A stretch of 59,277 nt of DNA, counting the filler, from Sphacelaria rigidula (Eukaryota), in assembly GCA_964200075.2 (NCBI GenBank). It is 7 parts of 7 records of this genome, joined end to end, with 100 filler letters (N's around TTAATTAATTAA, not from the genome) between each part and the next. Parts side by side here need not be neighbours in the genome. Positions count along the whole stretch, not along the records: positions 33,933 to 42,314 come from CAXNAA020011320.1; positions 42,415 to 50,796 come from CAXNAA020011321.1; 5 more parts are not named here. One strand, written 5' to 3'. The notes under the pieces were generated by a model. That model saw nothing but the letters and a program-made list of their open reading frames with translations, had not been told where the DNA came from and did not search any database. A program made the position numbers and the translations under genes. The number at the start of each line of letters is the position of its first letter. The stretch's first letter is position 1. Below, in pieces: positions 36,753 to 47,660 of this stretch.

Positions 36753-37640
36753 TCATGAGCCGCCGCCGCCGCTACTTCCTTTCGAGTCACCACCACCGCC
36801 AACCTTCCCCTTCGACCGTCCCTTTCCACCTCCTCCCCTCCCTTTCGAGCGTCTACTCCCCCCGCCCCCGGCGCTACCGGCACTGCTACGAGGGGAATCT
36901 GTGGAATCTACGCTTGCAGCTAAACCCCTAGCCTTCAACAAAACGGTAGACGGCTTCGCTACACCAGCGATGGGTCCACTGCTGCTACTCGATGCTCGAC
37001 CACTACTCGCCGTCGAGCGCCCCGCGCTTGCTTGTCCCGCTGTCGAACTGTGACCACTAATCGCCGGCGGCGGCTTGGAAGCAGTTTGAGTAGACGGTGG
37101 CGGGGGTGGTGGCGTTTTGGAGCGCGAGCGACCTTTTCCTGCTGCCCCCCGACTTTCGGTAGCTCTCGCTCCTGCCTTGCTGCGAGAAGGGTTGGTTTCC
37201 GGAGGAGCTCGCGAAGATGCCGCCGAGCCCGAAGCTTTGGGAGAATTTGTCGATGCCTTCGCGACGCTACTACTATTACCACTGCGGCTTCCCACTGACG
37301 GAGAACGACTGCTTGACGTCCCTCCCTCCCCACCCGCTCCTGAGCGAGTGCTGCTAGAACTCCCGCTCCGCCGGCTGGTACCGCCGCTATTGTTGCTACC
37401 CACGGCCGCCGCGCGCTGGCTGTCTCGCATTCTCTTAGCTCCCCGCTCTTTCAGGAAGTCTAGAAGGGCATTTGTTGGCTTGGGCTCTTCTTTGCCTTCA
37501 GATTCTTTGATGTCGGCCTGGATGTCTGCACTGGGCAGCATCGTCGTGGGCTTCTCGAGTGCGGCGCAGAAGGCCTTGTAGTCCGGATCTTTGTCGATGG
37601 TGCCCACCCGGGCGTCCCGCTTTGGCTTTTGCTTGAACAG
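36753..37640 (-). CDS. UPF3: UPF3/Smg4 NMD factor, last exon
   Basis: LFKQKPKRDARVGTIDKDPDYKAFCAALEKP has the conserved D.R.GTI..DPDY..F motif, followed by an S/G/R-rich tail to TGA. Acceptor TAAG at 37641. Confidence 0.85.
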   Translation of the reverse strand: MFKQKPKRDARVGTIDKDPDYKAFCAALEKPTTMLPSADIQADIKESEGKEEPKPTNALLDFLKERGAKRMRDSQRAAAVGSNNSGGTSRRSGSSSSTRSGAGGEGGTSSSRSPSVGSRSGNSSSVAKASTNSPKASGSAASSRAPPETNPSRSKAGARATESRGAAGKGRSRSKTPPPPPPSTQTASKPPPAISGHSSTAGQASAGRSTASSGRASSSSSGPIAGVAKPSTVLLKARGLAASVDSTDSPRSSAGSAGGGGSRRSKGRGGGGKGRSKGKVGGGGDSKGSSGGGGS

Positions 37641-38215
37641 CTTATCAGGGTAAGTGAGCAGCGACGTATCGAAGATGCACGTTAAATGGGTAATGACTTC
37701 GGCGCTAGGCCAGATAATCCCATGGATCATGTCTGGCGATATCATATATATTATTTCGGCTCATGTGAATTATGCACCATGTTTCACACATGTTGACGTT
37801 TCACGGGTAACGCATACATGAGACACGTGCGGCAAAAGAACTGACTATTGCAAACATTAAAACGTAAAAATAACCACTGAAACAGACTCAAAACGTGAAG
37901 GGCACGTTCACGACGTTCTTGGGTTTCCGTTTTTCTGGTCCTCCAGATACAATTCACAAGTATTATTTTCCGCGACCAACAGCTTGCTACGCGTCTGGTT
38001 TTCACAAGGGACTTACTCTCCGGAGTATCATCAACCCGTGCGCTTCACACTATTGCAGTACATCCACGCACCCAGACTTGACAACTAGATAGCGAGCATA
38101 TACTAGAGTATTCTCACAGAGTACGAGCTGCATGGCAGCCATGGTTCTCTAGCACCTCGGTTGTTTTACAGCGGGCAGAGCGTTGAGGTGAAGGGGGCCA
38201 GGGGCGAGAAACTTC

Positions 38216-38750
38216 TTGTTGTTGTTGTTATTGTTGTTGTCTTCACATTAAAAACCGTTCCAATATCTGCGCAACACTCTGTACTGGGCATCTGATGCGG
38301 ACGCCTTCTGTTGTCACAGGATCACTACCGCCAAAATAGGATGAAAAAAATAAAATAAAATGAAAAATAAAATCGGACCCAGAAAAAATCACACGGACGC
38401 GATACGAAAAACAAAACAATGATATATAAAATAGGAAAAGAGTAAAGAGCAAAAATAAATATATATACATACTGCTAGCTTCCCAAGTTCCGATGCCGTA
38501 TGCGACCCTTCGGGCTACTGGAAGCAGGGCCCATTGGTCCACTCACCACGCGAAGCGAAACAGGAAGGGAGTAAACTGCAAGCACCAAGATCAGCAGCCA
38601 ACGCGACAAGGATCGCAGCGTTCTATCCTTGTTCCTCTAGAGGGACAGCTCTGTGAAGCTCTACTCGACAATCACGCCCAAGTTTACAACGCAAAGAGAC
38701 TGAAGATCCACGCTGGAACACAAGGGGGGGAAGCGTGGGATGGGTAAACG
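38216..38750 (-). mobile_element. Likely LINE 3' end with (AAC)n tail in a UPF3 intron; related fragment at about 25490-25725
   Basis: (TTG)n at 38216-38240. Shared motifs with 25520-25720 (TACATA..GCTA.CTTC..AAG.TCCG.TGCCG; ATCGCAGCGTT...GAGGGACAGC). Confidence 0.5.
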
Positions 38751-38757
38751 GGGGCAC

Positions 38758-38940
38758 CTTTTGAAACGGAGCAGGCTCGACAGTCGGTCCTGGTGGCCCT
38801 TTCTTTTCCGTCGGTTTCTCGGGTTTGCCGGTGCTGAACGCGCTTGAAGCGGTGATTGCCGCCCGCAGCTTCATCAGGCTGAGATCAGCGGCTACCCCTC
38901 CCCGCCCTCGATCGATGCGAATGTATGCCGTGCTCGTCAC
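38758..38940 (-). CDS. UPF3: UPF3, internal exon
   Basis: TAAG|VTSTAYIRID...PTVEPAPFQK|GTGCCC; 183 nt, phase 0. Contains the AYI and APFQK motifs. Confidence 0.8.
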
Positions 38941-39154
38941 CTTACATTCGTTTTTCAATGGTTGAATTGTTTTGAGTGCAGGAGAGGGGCGTCGAGCACG
39001 GACTATAGCAAAAACGCGTGTTCAACCTTGAATCAGTTGTGCACTACGCGACAGTAAATACACGGTGTGCGTGAGAGCCAGAAAAATGTTGCACCTGTGC
39101 ACATGTTCGAGACTACCTCTACAATTTTGTCTGTTTCTTTACTATCTTGCTTAC

Positions 39155-39307
39155 TCTGCCTCGTTTCTTGCTCATCTTGCCCGGGGCGAAGTGTACCAGG
39201 TCCCAGGAGCCACCTCGTTCGCCCATACCTGCTTCCGCCGCAGCTGGCGTCACGGCCTCCAAGAACTGATCCTCTTTCATATCGTGCGGCAATCGGCGCA
39301 CAACCAC
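39155..39307 (-). CDS. UPF3: UPF3, RRM-like exon (first exon not located)
   Basis: AAAG|VVVRRLPHDMKEDQF...FAPGKMSKKRGR|GTAAGC; 153 nt. Matches the VV.R.LP...F.PGK signature. Confidence 0.88.
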
Positions 39308-40484
39308 CTTTTTGTGTTTTGGCGCGCACGCGAGTCAAAAGATGGCAAAACGTCGCGACGGGTGTATTGTTTTCGTGTATGTATGTATGTATGTATGCAT
39401 GTCCGAGTAGAGTACAGTACATTACACTCGGGCTTTCCGGTACGGGACAAGCTACCCCTGAAAAAAATGACGGACAAAACGCGATGGGACCGCCACCCCT
39501 TCAAGAACACGGACGGGACTGACGGGACGGGGCGGGACTGACGGGATATCCTGTTCGGTCCCATCCCGAACCTCACGGGATACAGGAATCTCGTCCTTTG
39601 TCTGCCTTAGTGGTGTTGTCAGCGTGCATGCGAATATGTACATCGGCATCAACTACCCTATCAGTAGTGCGTGGGCACACCTCCGAAAATACAACTTCCA
39701 AGTCTACGATTGGCCCAACGCTCAGCTACCTCCGAAAAACCGGATGCTTAAGGCAGAGGTGGGGGGTGAAAGCTACAGGCTGGTTCATGCTCATCACTTA
39801 AAATTGTTTCATCAGCAAATCCTTTCCGCATTACTTACCCAATAGTCGGCATGCATGAAAGCATATTGGTTGCGATGAACAGACGAAGAGGGCGACATAG
39901 CTTGATCTTGTTCAAGGCCATAGCGGTGGTGCTGAGGGCGAAAATGTATCTCGACCAATCAGCGCCCTCCAAATTGTTCTGAAATCAAGCACACGATATC
40001 CCCAACCTAATTTTCACCCAATGTCCACATGCTTCAAGTCGCAGTAACCGCCGTCAGCTCGGGAATATAACGGATGGAGCAGATTTGAAGACGGTGACTA
40101 GGGGGTCGAGTTTGACCCGAAACCGTCGTATGTCGGTGATGTGGGGTTTTGACGTTGTCGGATTTCCACTAATGATAAGCACCAAAGACCCAGAAAACCC
40201 CCGAACAGTTTCCCTTATACCTATCGCAAAGAAGCTCCGGCCGCCCTGAAACTTGGCAGTTCGATAGGTATTGGTGCTCCAGATGAAGAAAATGTACTGT
40301 TGAAAAAATCAACATTTCTCTGCTCTGTATCGGCTTTCGGGGTTCCACACTGGGACCCCCGGAAGCTGGTACAGAATGCCTAAAGATGAAGGAGAAAATT
40401 AATCGTCCCGGGGCAGTCCAAGGAACATATGTGCAAAGTCTGGTTGCGAAACTCGAAAGCCTGATGCATTTTTTCCCGCATTAA

Positions 40485-41537
40485 CCCTTTTGGGACCGGG
40501 CCTCCAGAACGACCAATGAGGCTGGTTAGGAATGACGTGTCTGGCGTCTGCACGAAACAGTGGCGTATGAAAATCCGCGTATGTAATCGCAGGGTTGTCT
40601 GACGAAGACCGAAAGTTTAATCCAATCTAGACTCAGGTGCAGGGTGCGCATTAGGTGGTGTACATATGATGTAGAAAGCAGTATGCGTCGCGGTAGAGAG
40701 CTTCCAACAGGGTACGGCGACCGTCGGGCCGCCCGCCACTTGTGGCTTTGGATGGTATTATTATCCCCATCACCTTGCCACACAGCCCTTTGCGGTCGGG
40801 GTGGGCCGCCATTTCCCTCTTTCTTGCATGCGGCAAATTCTTTTTGAAGGGTATATCAGCTTTGCGGCGTGCACACATACAGTATAGTACAGTACGAGTA
40901 CAGCGCAGTACGCCTCCCCGACTGCAGCAGCTGCTGCCGTTGCATACTCCCTTACGCGTTCTGGGCAATTCTCAGCCACCGAGATCAAATGCTTATGTAC
41001 CGCTTCTTTATCCCCGCCTACTACATACTCCATACATGTTAACTGAACACCGCAAGTCATCGGCATGGGGATAAGCAGAATTCATGACGGTAGCTCATTT
41101 TGTCTTTCGACGGCCCACCTGGGTTTAGTGCCTAGTGAAAATGACCACATTGTAGCATGTACACTCCTTCCCGGTTTTTTCCGGTCCACCCTGTGTTCGC
41201 ATAAATTACTACGTTGCAGTATAGAATTGGGACCCAAAAAACACTCCGGAAAAACCCGGGAGCGCTATACTTAGTGCAAGTAATACCATAAAACAAGCTG
41301 CGACCACCCTGCACTTAGAAACCTGGGGAGGCATATCTGGGCCAGGGATAGGGCCCTCACACGATCTTTGCAGGGGCATCGCACTCGACAGCAATCCCCG
41401 CGCTGGTCGTTCGGGTCTGGTCGATAAACTTCGCCTCGCCGTGATTGGGCAGGTCGCTCGGAGACTTTTTTTTATATTATTCCACTATAATAACACAGGG
41501 TCAACCCTGTGTTAGTGGGGGTCCGGTCCCAAAAGGG
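40485..41537 (+). mobile_element. 1053-bp piggyBac-like non-autonomous element
   Basis: TTAA|CCCTTTTGGGACCGG ... CCGGTCCCAAAAGGG|TTAA: perfect 15-bp TIRs and a TTAA TSD. Confidence 0.92.
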
Positions 41538-41919
41538 TTAACGTTGAACATACCCGGAAAATACGCTTCCATACTAAAGTGAGTTGGTAAGAAGTTTGCA
41601 CGTTCAAAGCTCACTTGATCGCACAAAGGGGAAAATGTCCACGCGGATTTTCAGGGTTAGACTCTAAAACGTTGCACACATGTACTATGGGACATTACAA
41701 AACTTTGCATGAATGGGGTCTTTCGACTTTATTTTCGAGAGTCCCAGAAGGGCATGTGGTTCCCCAGGGCCCAGGGCCCTCGTATCACTGGCGAAAACAA
41801 AAACAATCGAAACACCTCATTTATCCGAAGTTTCGTTATGTTTCATAAGTAATGTGTGCGATTTTGCAGAGTCAACCTCCAAGAATCGGCGGGTATATTT
41901 GTGAACGAGTGAATTTGGT

Positions 41920-42215
41920 TAAAAGCGTGAACTAGCCTGTATGCTGTACGGATGTGCTACATCGAAGCTGCGCCTCGAGGACTTCCAGAGTCTGCGCGCT
42001 GCCCACCGCAAGTCTTTCACCCGAGTGGTTGGCTTCCGCGGGGAGGACCGACCTGACTGAATGACTCGTTCGTACAGAGATGCGCTGTAGATGACCGTAT
42101 CAGAGACGACCATCCGGCACGACGAAGCACGTCTTCCAAAGCGCATCGTATTTGGACGGTTGACCGGATAAGGGCCCACGTGGACTGACCGCCCGCTCCC
42201 AAACTGGTTAAATGA
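41920..42215 (+). mobile_element. RTE LINE post-RT fragment, degenerate
   Basis: LYGCAT...LRAAHRK...VGFR...SYRDAL...RLPKRIVFGRL. Confidence 0.7.
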
Positions 42216-42569
42216 GTACGCCCCCCCCCCCCCCCCCCCCAAAAACGGGGGGGGGGGGGGTACCCCTTTTTTGTTTCCCTTTGTCGTTTGCCCCTTGACC
42301 ATGCCCCCCTTTTGNNNNNNNNNNNNNNNNNNNNNNNNNNNNNNNNNNNNNNNNNNNNTTAATTAATTAANNNNNNNNNNNNNNNNNNNNNNNNNNNNNN
42401 NNNNNNNNNNNNNNTACAAAGCCGGGACGGAGCACGCCGGGTTTTCGCCGGATCAGACGGGGGGCGGGGGGGGGGGAAATAAATACCTTATTTTGAGAAG
42501 AAATCAGATTTGTCTTTGTCGGTTAATGCTGATGCGGACTTCCGCGAAGAAAGCGACTGATTGGTGTTC

Positions 42570-42960
42570 AGCGTAGGATATGGTCGTGAGTATAGGAGGA
42601 GCGACAGTATTCACCACTGGTGGTGAGCAGCACTGTTTCACTTCGTCTACCGCCATAGAGGCCGAGTACATCGTCATGGCCGTGAGGGCACATGACTGGA
42701 TGTTTGTGAGCGCTTTTGCACCTGACAACACGGCGGAACCTAAGGACGCCAAGGAGTCTGGCAATATGATGTACGAGGCCACATGGGGGGGCAAAGCTCT
42801 AGCTGAATACTCTATTAGACGAAGCAACCACATTGACGTAAGATAGTGCTCCATGCGTGAGCTATGATAGTCGAGAGGAAATTAATTGAGATAGCCCACG
42901 TAAAGCGAGCACGATAAGTGTACATATATTTTGACTGAAGTCTCTGCTGGTCACGCCTTT
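42570..42960 (+). mobile_element. Copia RNase H remnant
   Basis: STAIEAEYIVMA ... RSNHIDVR motifs. Confidence 0.7.
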
Positions 42961-43091
42961 TAACAGATTACCGTAGGACAACCCGAGAAAATGCATTGAT
43001 GTTTTTGGTTTCGTGTGTATGTGTGTTGCACTAGCCGTATTCGACGTCTGCAGTCATGTTGAAGCACAGGGTTGTGCATATACCGTGCTAA

Positions 43092-43189
43092 CCCTTAGAC
43101 CGCGAACGTAGTCCATCTGGACCATGCATGATTTTTTCAAGTGAAATTGATGCCGATTCAACAGATGACCTACTCTCGCTGTCCAGGGG
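43092..43189 (-). mobile_element. piggyBac-like MITE, copy 4
   Basis: CTAA|CCCTTAGACCGCGA ... GGG|TTAA, with the same core as the other copies. Confidence 0.8.
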
Positions 43190-43684
43190 TTAAGCCACTC
43201 GCGTTACTTTGACTGAGCATAGGTTTGGTGGGCCCTCTCCCAACATGACGTGTATCTGGCCCCAGCGGGCGTTTCGTTACGGGCCGCAGCTTCAACAAAC
43301 AGAAAAATACGACTTGTTGACATTTTCTTCTGTTCCAGTGTGAAGGAGTTGGTCGAGACTCTTTTGACTGTGTTTTATTCGTACATCACCAGCGGGGTTC
43401 TCGCCAACGGTCGGTTTGCTCCGAGTTCTTCAAGGGGAGAGGGCGTATTCTCGGAGAGGCGAGCTTCCCTCTTAAGATGAGGACGCGTCCACTACTGATG
43501 GATGAGATCAGGGGGGGAAATCAGGTGAGCAGGAAAATCAGCGTAGATTTCCCAGTCGAAACAGTATCGGGATACTCAACTCGTCGTGTTTGACAGCTAC
43601 GTGCGGCGGAATCATCTGATCGATGTGCATAATCCCAAGAGTGGAGTGCGGGAAGCAGTTGTGGGTAATTTTTACCGCACGGTC

Positions 43685-43753
43685 GCCCCGGTGGCTCAGT
43701 TGGTAACCTCGAAACCTCCTGACGGTTGAGTCGTGGGTTCGAATCTCGATGCA
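43685..43753 (+). ncRNA. tRNA-derived (SINE-like) module, not a canonical tRNA
   Basis: A box TGGCTCAGTTGG and B box GGTTCGAATC; acceptor stem and anticodon arm do not pair properly. Confidence 0.6.
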
Positions 43754-43973
43754 GTTACACGATCTGGGATTTTTTCTCACACCATGCCCAACAACTGTGG
43801 AGAGCGACTATGTCGTGAGTACACAAAATTCGGCTTGATGGTCGACGAGGGGAAGGGATTGCTGAACCCCTATCGCGATAAGAAACAAAGGCAAACACCA
43901 CAGAGGGAAGGCGGAGCACTAAAAACAATAAAAAAAGGAAAAGATATTGTGTTGGCCTTCCTCCTGTGTGACC

Positions 43974-44041
43974 CCGGCTGGTGCGCCCACATATACTGAA
44001 AGGTGTAGACCGGCGTCCAGAATAGATGGGACGATAACACA
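43974..44041 (+). repeat. Dispersed repeat shared with about 35059-35128
   Basis: CGGCTGGTGCGCCCA.ATATA..GAAAGGTG.AGACCGGCG.CCAGAAT.GATGGGA occurs at both sites. Confidence 0.75.
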
Positions 44042-45454
44042 CGGCTACCACTCTGTTGTTGTTCTACGTCTCTTTTACCTACGAGCTCTTTAACAAACAA
44101 AGATAAGCCACGCTCGGTGTCAGAGATGAAAGGATGAAGGAGGAGCTACTCAACAATAGCGTCGGGTTTGCCGTCGTTGAACGTCAGTCCGCAGTATCGG
44201 TCCGAAAGGAGGTCTGGCGTTAAAGGGGATAACCACCAAGTCTCACCCATGTATGGATTTTGAATCTGTTTCATATACTCCAGAGTTTAGACAGCGGGGA
44301 GGACGTCACCATGTAAGGCAACTGCCGTACTGCACAGTCGCACCGCAAGTAAACTACCACAAGACTTCGATCAGAGCGGTCTGTGGGAATCGCTTTAATT
44401 GATATTGATATCCAATACACCAAAAGCTTTTGACCTCTGACAACCGTAGCATCGACTCATCCGCATTCGTGATACGCAGCAGACGCGCGAGGTCCAGCAT
44501 AGTGGGAGACGCACCGCTCTCCGACATCGCCAGCTCTCTCTCTTCAACCCTGCACGAACGAGCCCCAAAAGTAAACAGAGAGCCATGAGGCGTAAGACGA
44601 CGGAGCTCCTGTTAGCATAAGCAGTTTAAACAAACGCCGACAGGCGTCCCTCTTCCGAATGTTGTCAACTTTCGCATCATCGACGACGAAAAAATTCAAG
44701 GGTAGGACAAATAATGATTCGTCTAGAAATTACTTGGTTTTAGTATGATGAGTCGACTCGTGACGAATCAATCCCGAGGCTTTACTTCAGCGTTGCAACC
44801 TAGGTACACGTAACCCAGACACGTGGAATGACGCAAAAGTTGCGTGGGTACCCCTTGGACCAGCGATCAACTTTTTTCTCCCCTTTGGCCAATCAGGCCG
44901 AAGAAATTGTGAATTTCGTGATTTTGAGTCGCGATGATTTGTCCTAACCGTGAGACAATTGAAGGCACGGTAATCGACTGCCTCTTATTACGACAGTGGT
45001 ACAATGCAAAGTGTTCGGCATCCGTTTACTGGGTTACGGAACGTGTCGCAATTTTACGATCTTGGTACTGCGAGATACCACGGTATGCGGTTCCCCCAAA
45101 GCGCTCCACGGTGCGGTACAGAATCAGACGACTGCGGTAACCTCGCGGTACGATCAAAACATTGCTGCTTCCGGGGTAATCGGAAACCTTGGTATACCGT
45201 ACCGCCGCAACCTGCATTGAAGATACAATCCTCGGTTTTCTCTTTTTTGTTCGTCGCACTTTGAACCCCTCTCCTTCCTCGGAACGAGTCCCGGTGTATA
45301 CCTTCCACTTTGGTCTCGCGGATTGGATCATGACCAGCAGCATTCCCGCACCGCGCCAACTTTGGTAAAAAAAACTCAATCAGCTATTTTTCGTTCACTC
45401 ACGTACTCACGCTTTCGACGGTGGAAATCACATACTTTCGGAGAAAAAATCGAA

Positions 45455-45523
45455 TGCATCGGGAATCGAACGCATGTTTTCTCCACCCTAATGACGACAG
45501 TCGAACCATGAGACCGCCGGGGC
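45455..45523 (-). ncRNA. Second, diverged tRNA-derived module
   Basis: Reverse strand reads AATTTTACCGC..GCCCCGGCGGTCTCATGG...GTTCGATTCCCGATGCA, then GATTTTTTCTC. Confidence 0.5.
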
Positions 45524-47415
45524 GCGGCGGTAAAATTAATGATGTGAAGCCTAAAACGTAAGGCTCGTGCCTGAGCGCCCACCGTAACCCTTCGGCCTGT
45601 CGGGGTCGGTCATCTGAGTCCCCGACGCATTTTTTCAAGTGAAAATCATGTCGATTCCACAGATGACCACCCCTGGCGGTCAGAGAGTTAAGGCACGCGT
45701 GGTATTTGTGCTTCTACCTGTGATGTGCGATATGGTACGGCGTTGTAGCAGAGATTCGGGTGGGGGAGGGTGGGTGCGTGGAGGGGTATTCGCACTATTA
45801 TACTACAGAGTAATGGATCGGTTGGTCGATTGATCTTCACCGTTCTCCTCTTTTACCATGTTGAATTCTTCTTCGCATTGTAACTGTTTCAGAGAGGGCA
45901 AAGTCTCTTCTCGTTCAGCAATATACTTCACGTACACGTGTTACCTCCTGGCAATGGAAACTGCCACGACTTCATCAACTGTTGTTCGATCATGATCCTG
46001 CTCTATTTCACTACTCTCGTAGTCAACCCTTATCCTGCAAGGGGTTCATTCACGTCAAATGGGAAAGTGTACCCTTGTGACACCGCAGTATGGTACGGTA
46101 GATGATTTTCGCGATTTTTTGCGGTATTGCCGCAAAATGCCAATACACCGCTGTGAATCGTTCGAGGTAAGGGCTCAGTAAGACGCGCCAGGACTGCAGG
46201 TTCCCCTTGAAGGTTCCCCTCGAACCGCTGACACTTTTTTGCTGCCATCGATGGCCTTTAGACGGAAATATTACCGAGGAAACAAACTCTCGTTCAGTTG
46301 TTGTGCAGGAAACGATTGCAGAAGAGCGTGTAGACAGTTGCTGCTGTGGTCAACCCTTTGACCACGTAGCGCTCGGGATCTCACTGCTGGAGCAGTCATT
46401 GACAAAGCTCAATGAAAAAGTGGCTGGTGCATAGATGGATGTACGTGAACCCAAGTGGACCGCTTCGCGTTCGAGAGTCAAGCCTGGTAAGACACTCTTC
46501 ATCCGTTGTCTGGACTAAGCCGAGCACCATCAAAGCATGGTTACATCGGACAGTAGCAGGAGTCGGCCCGAAACAACTCCCTGTACGCCCATATAAGCTT
46601 GGCTTGACTTCGGCTCTAATCAGTGCCTGGCGTGTACTACTGCTGCAGGCATTTGTTGTTTTATTTTCCTTGTTGCCGCAAACTCTGTCTGATGAGAAAG
46701 GTGGACGGTAGTGAAGGGAAGTTTCATGAGGCATCTCCTCGTCAGAGCCCTGTCCATTACCGTGTGGTTTTCCTTGTGTGCGCAAGGCTTCATTGGCTCT
46801 CTAAGGCATGTCTCTCTGCGGTTCATGTTGAGTATTATCAACATGAGGGCCCAGCCCTAAGCGCAAACCTCAGACACCACCTGGGTCTGTAGTGTGTCTT
46901 GTTGGGACCGGGCATCCATAAGTGGCTTATGCATTACCCTCCAAAGAATACGGCGCCGCTGACCTCTCGTGGAGTGCCGGACGTATGTATTGCCGGCTGA
47001 GATTGAAACAGTGCTGTGCTGCATCCAGTGAAGACACCAGAAAACTGTGACAAGTTGTGGGCCAAGCTCTCTCCGTGCACGGGTCCTACGCATATCTGAT
47101 AACTGTACCAAAGCATGATAATATTTAACGGTGAAAAGGGACAGAGAGTCCCCATGCAGCCAGTTCTCTTATGAGTAGCATCACCTGTGCACCAAAAGCC
47201 CGAAAGCAAATCTTATGCTCGCTGGTTCTCCTGCCCTACAGTAGTACAGTGACAGTACATGGTACAGCAGAGGTGAAACACATGTTACGGGGGCGCATAC
47301 AAAATTGACTGTTGCACCATGGCTGAAACGCAGAACACACATCGCAGAACCTGCTTCCTACAGGACGATACCGAGACAAACCCAACAATTCTTCATGCCT
47401 TCGTTTTCCACAGCA

Positions 47416-47660
47416 GAGGAATGCTGCGATAGCCCCTCCCCCCGAACCAGCCCAAAAATTGTCAAACAAATGGCCGTACAGCGCATGATAGCTGGTTTCA
47501 GACTGCATGAAGCGCCTCATGTAGGCGAACATGGGAGAAACAATCCCAAGCGTCGGTGTTCCCAGCTGCTCGGCGCTCGGCTTTCGTCATCTTGATTCGC
47601 ATGTAGATTTTGCCTACTCAAATCAGCCACTTTTCTGGGGGGGCTATCGCGGCATCACTC
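47416..47660. mobile_element. About 245-bp MITE related to 55740-55985
   Basis: Inner TIR CGATAGCCCC/GGGGCTATCG; core colinear in reverse with the 55740 element. Confidence 0.75.

Noticed and set aside
39839..39921. Candidate UPF3 first exon (ATG...GG|GTAAGT)
   Set aside because: Phase 2 donor is incompatible with the phase 0 acceptor at 39307.
43685..43753. Functional tRNA gene
   Set aside because: Acceptor stem is mismatched and there is no proper anticodon arm.
44965..45215. Small TIR element flanked by ATTGAAG direct repeats
   Set aside because: Termini match only weakly, so the boundaries are not supportable.
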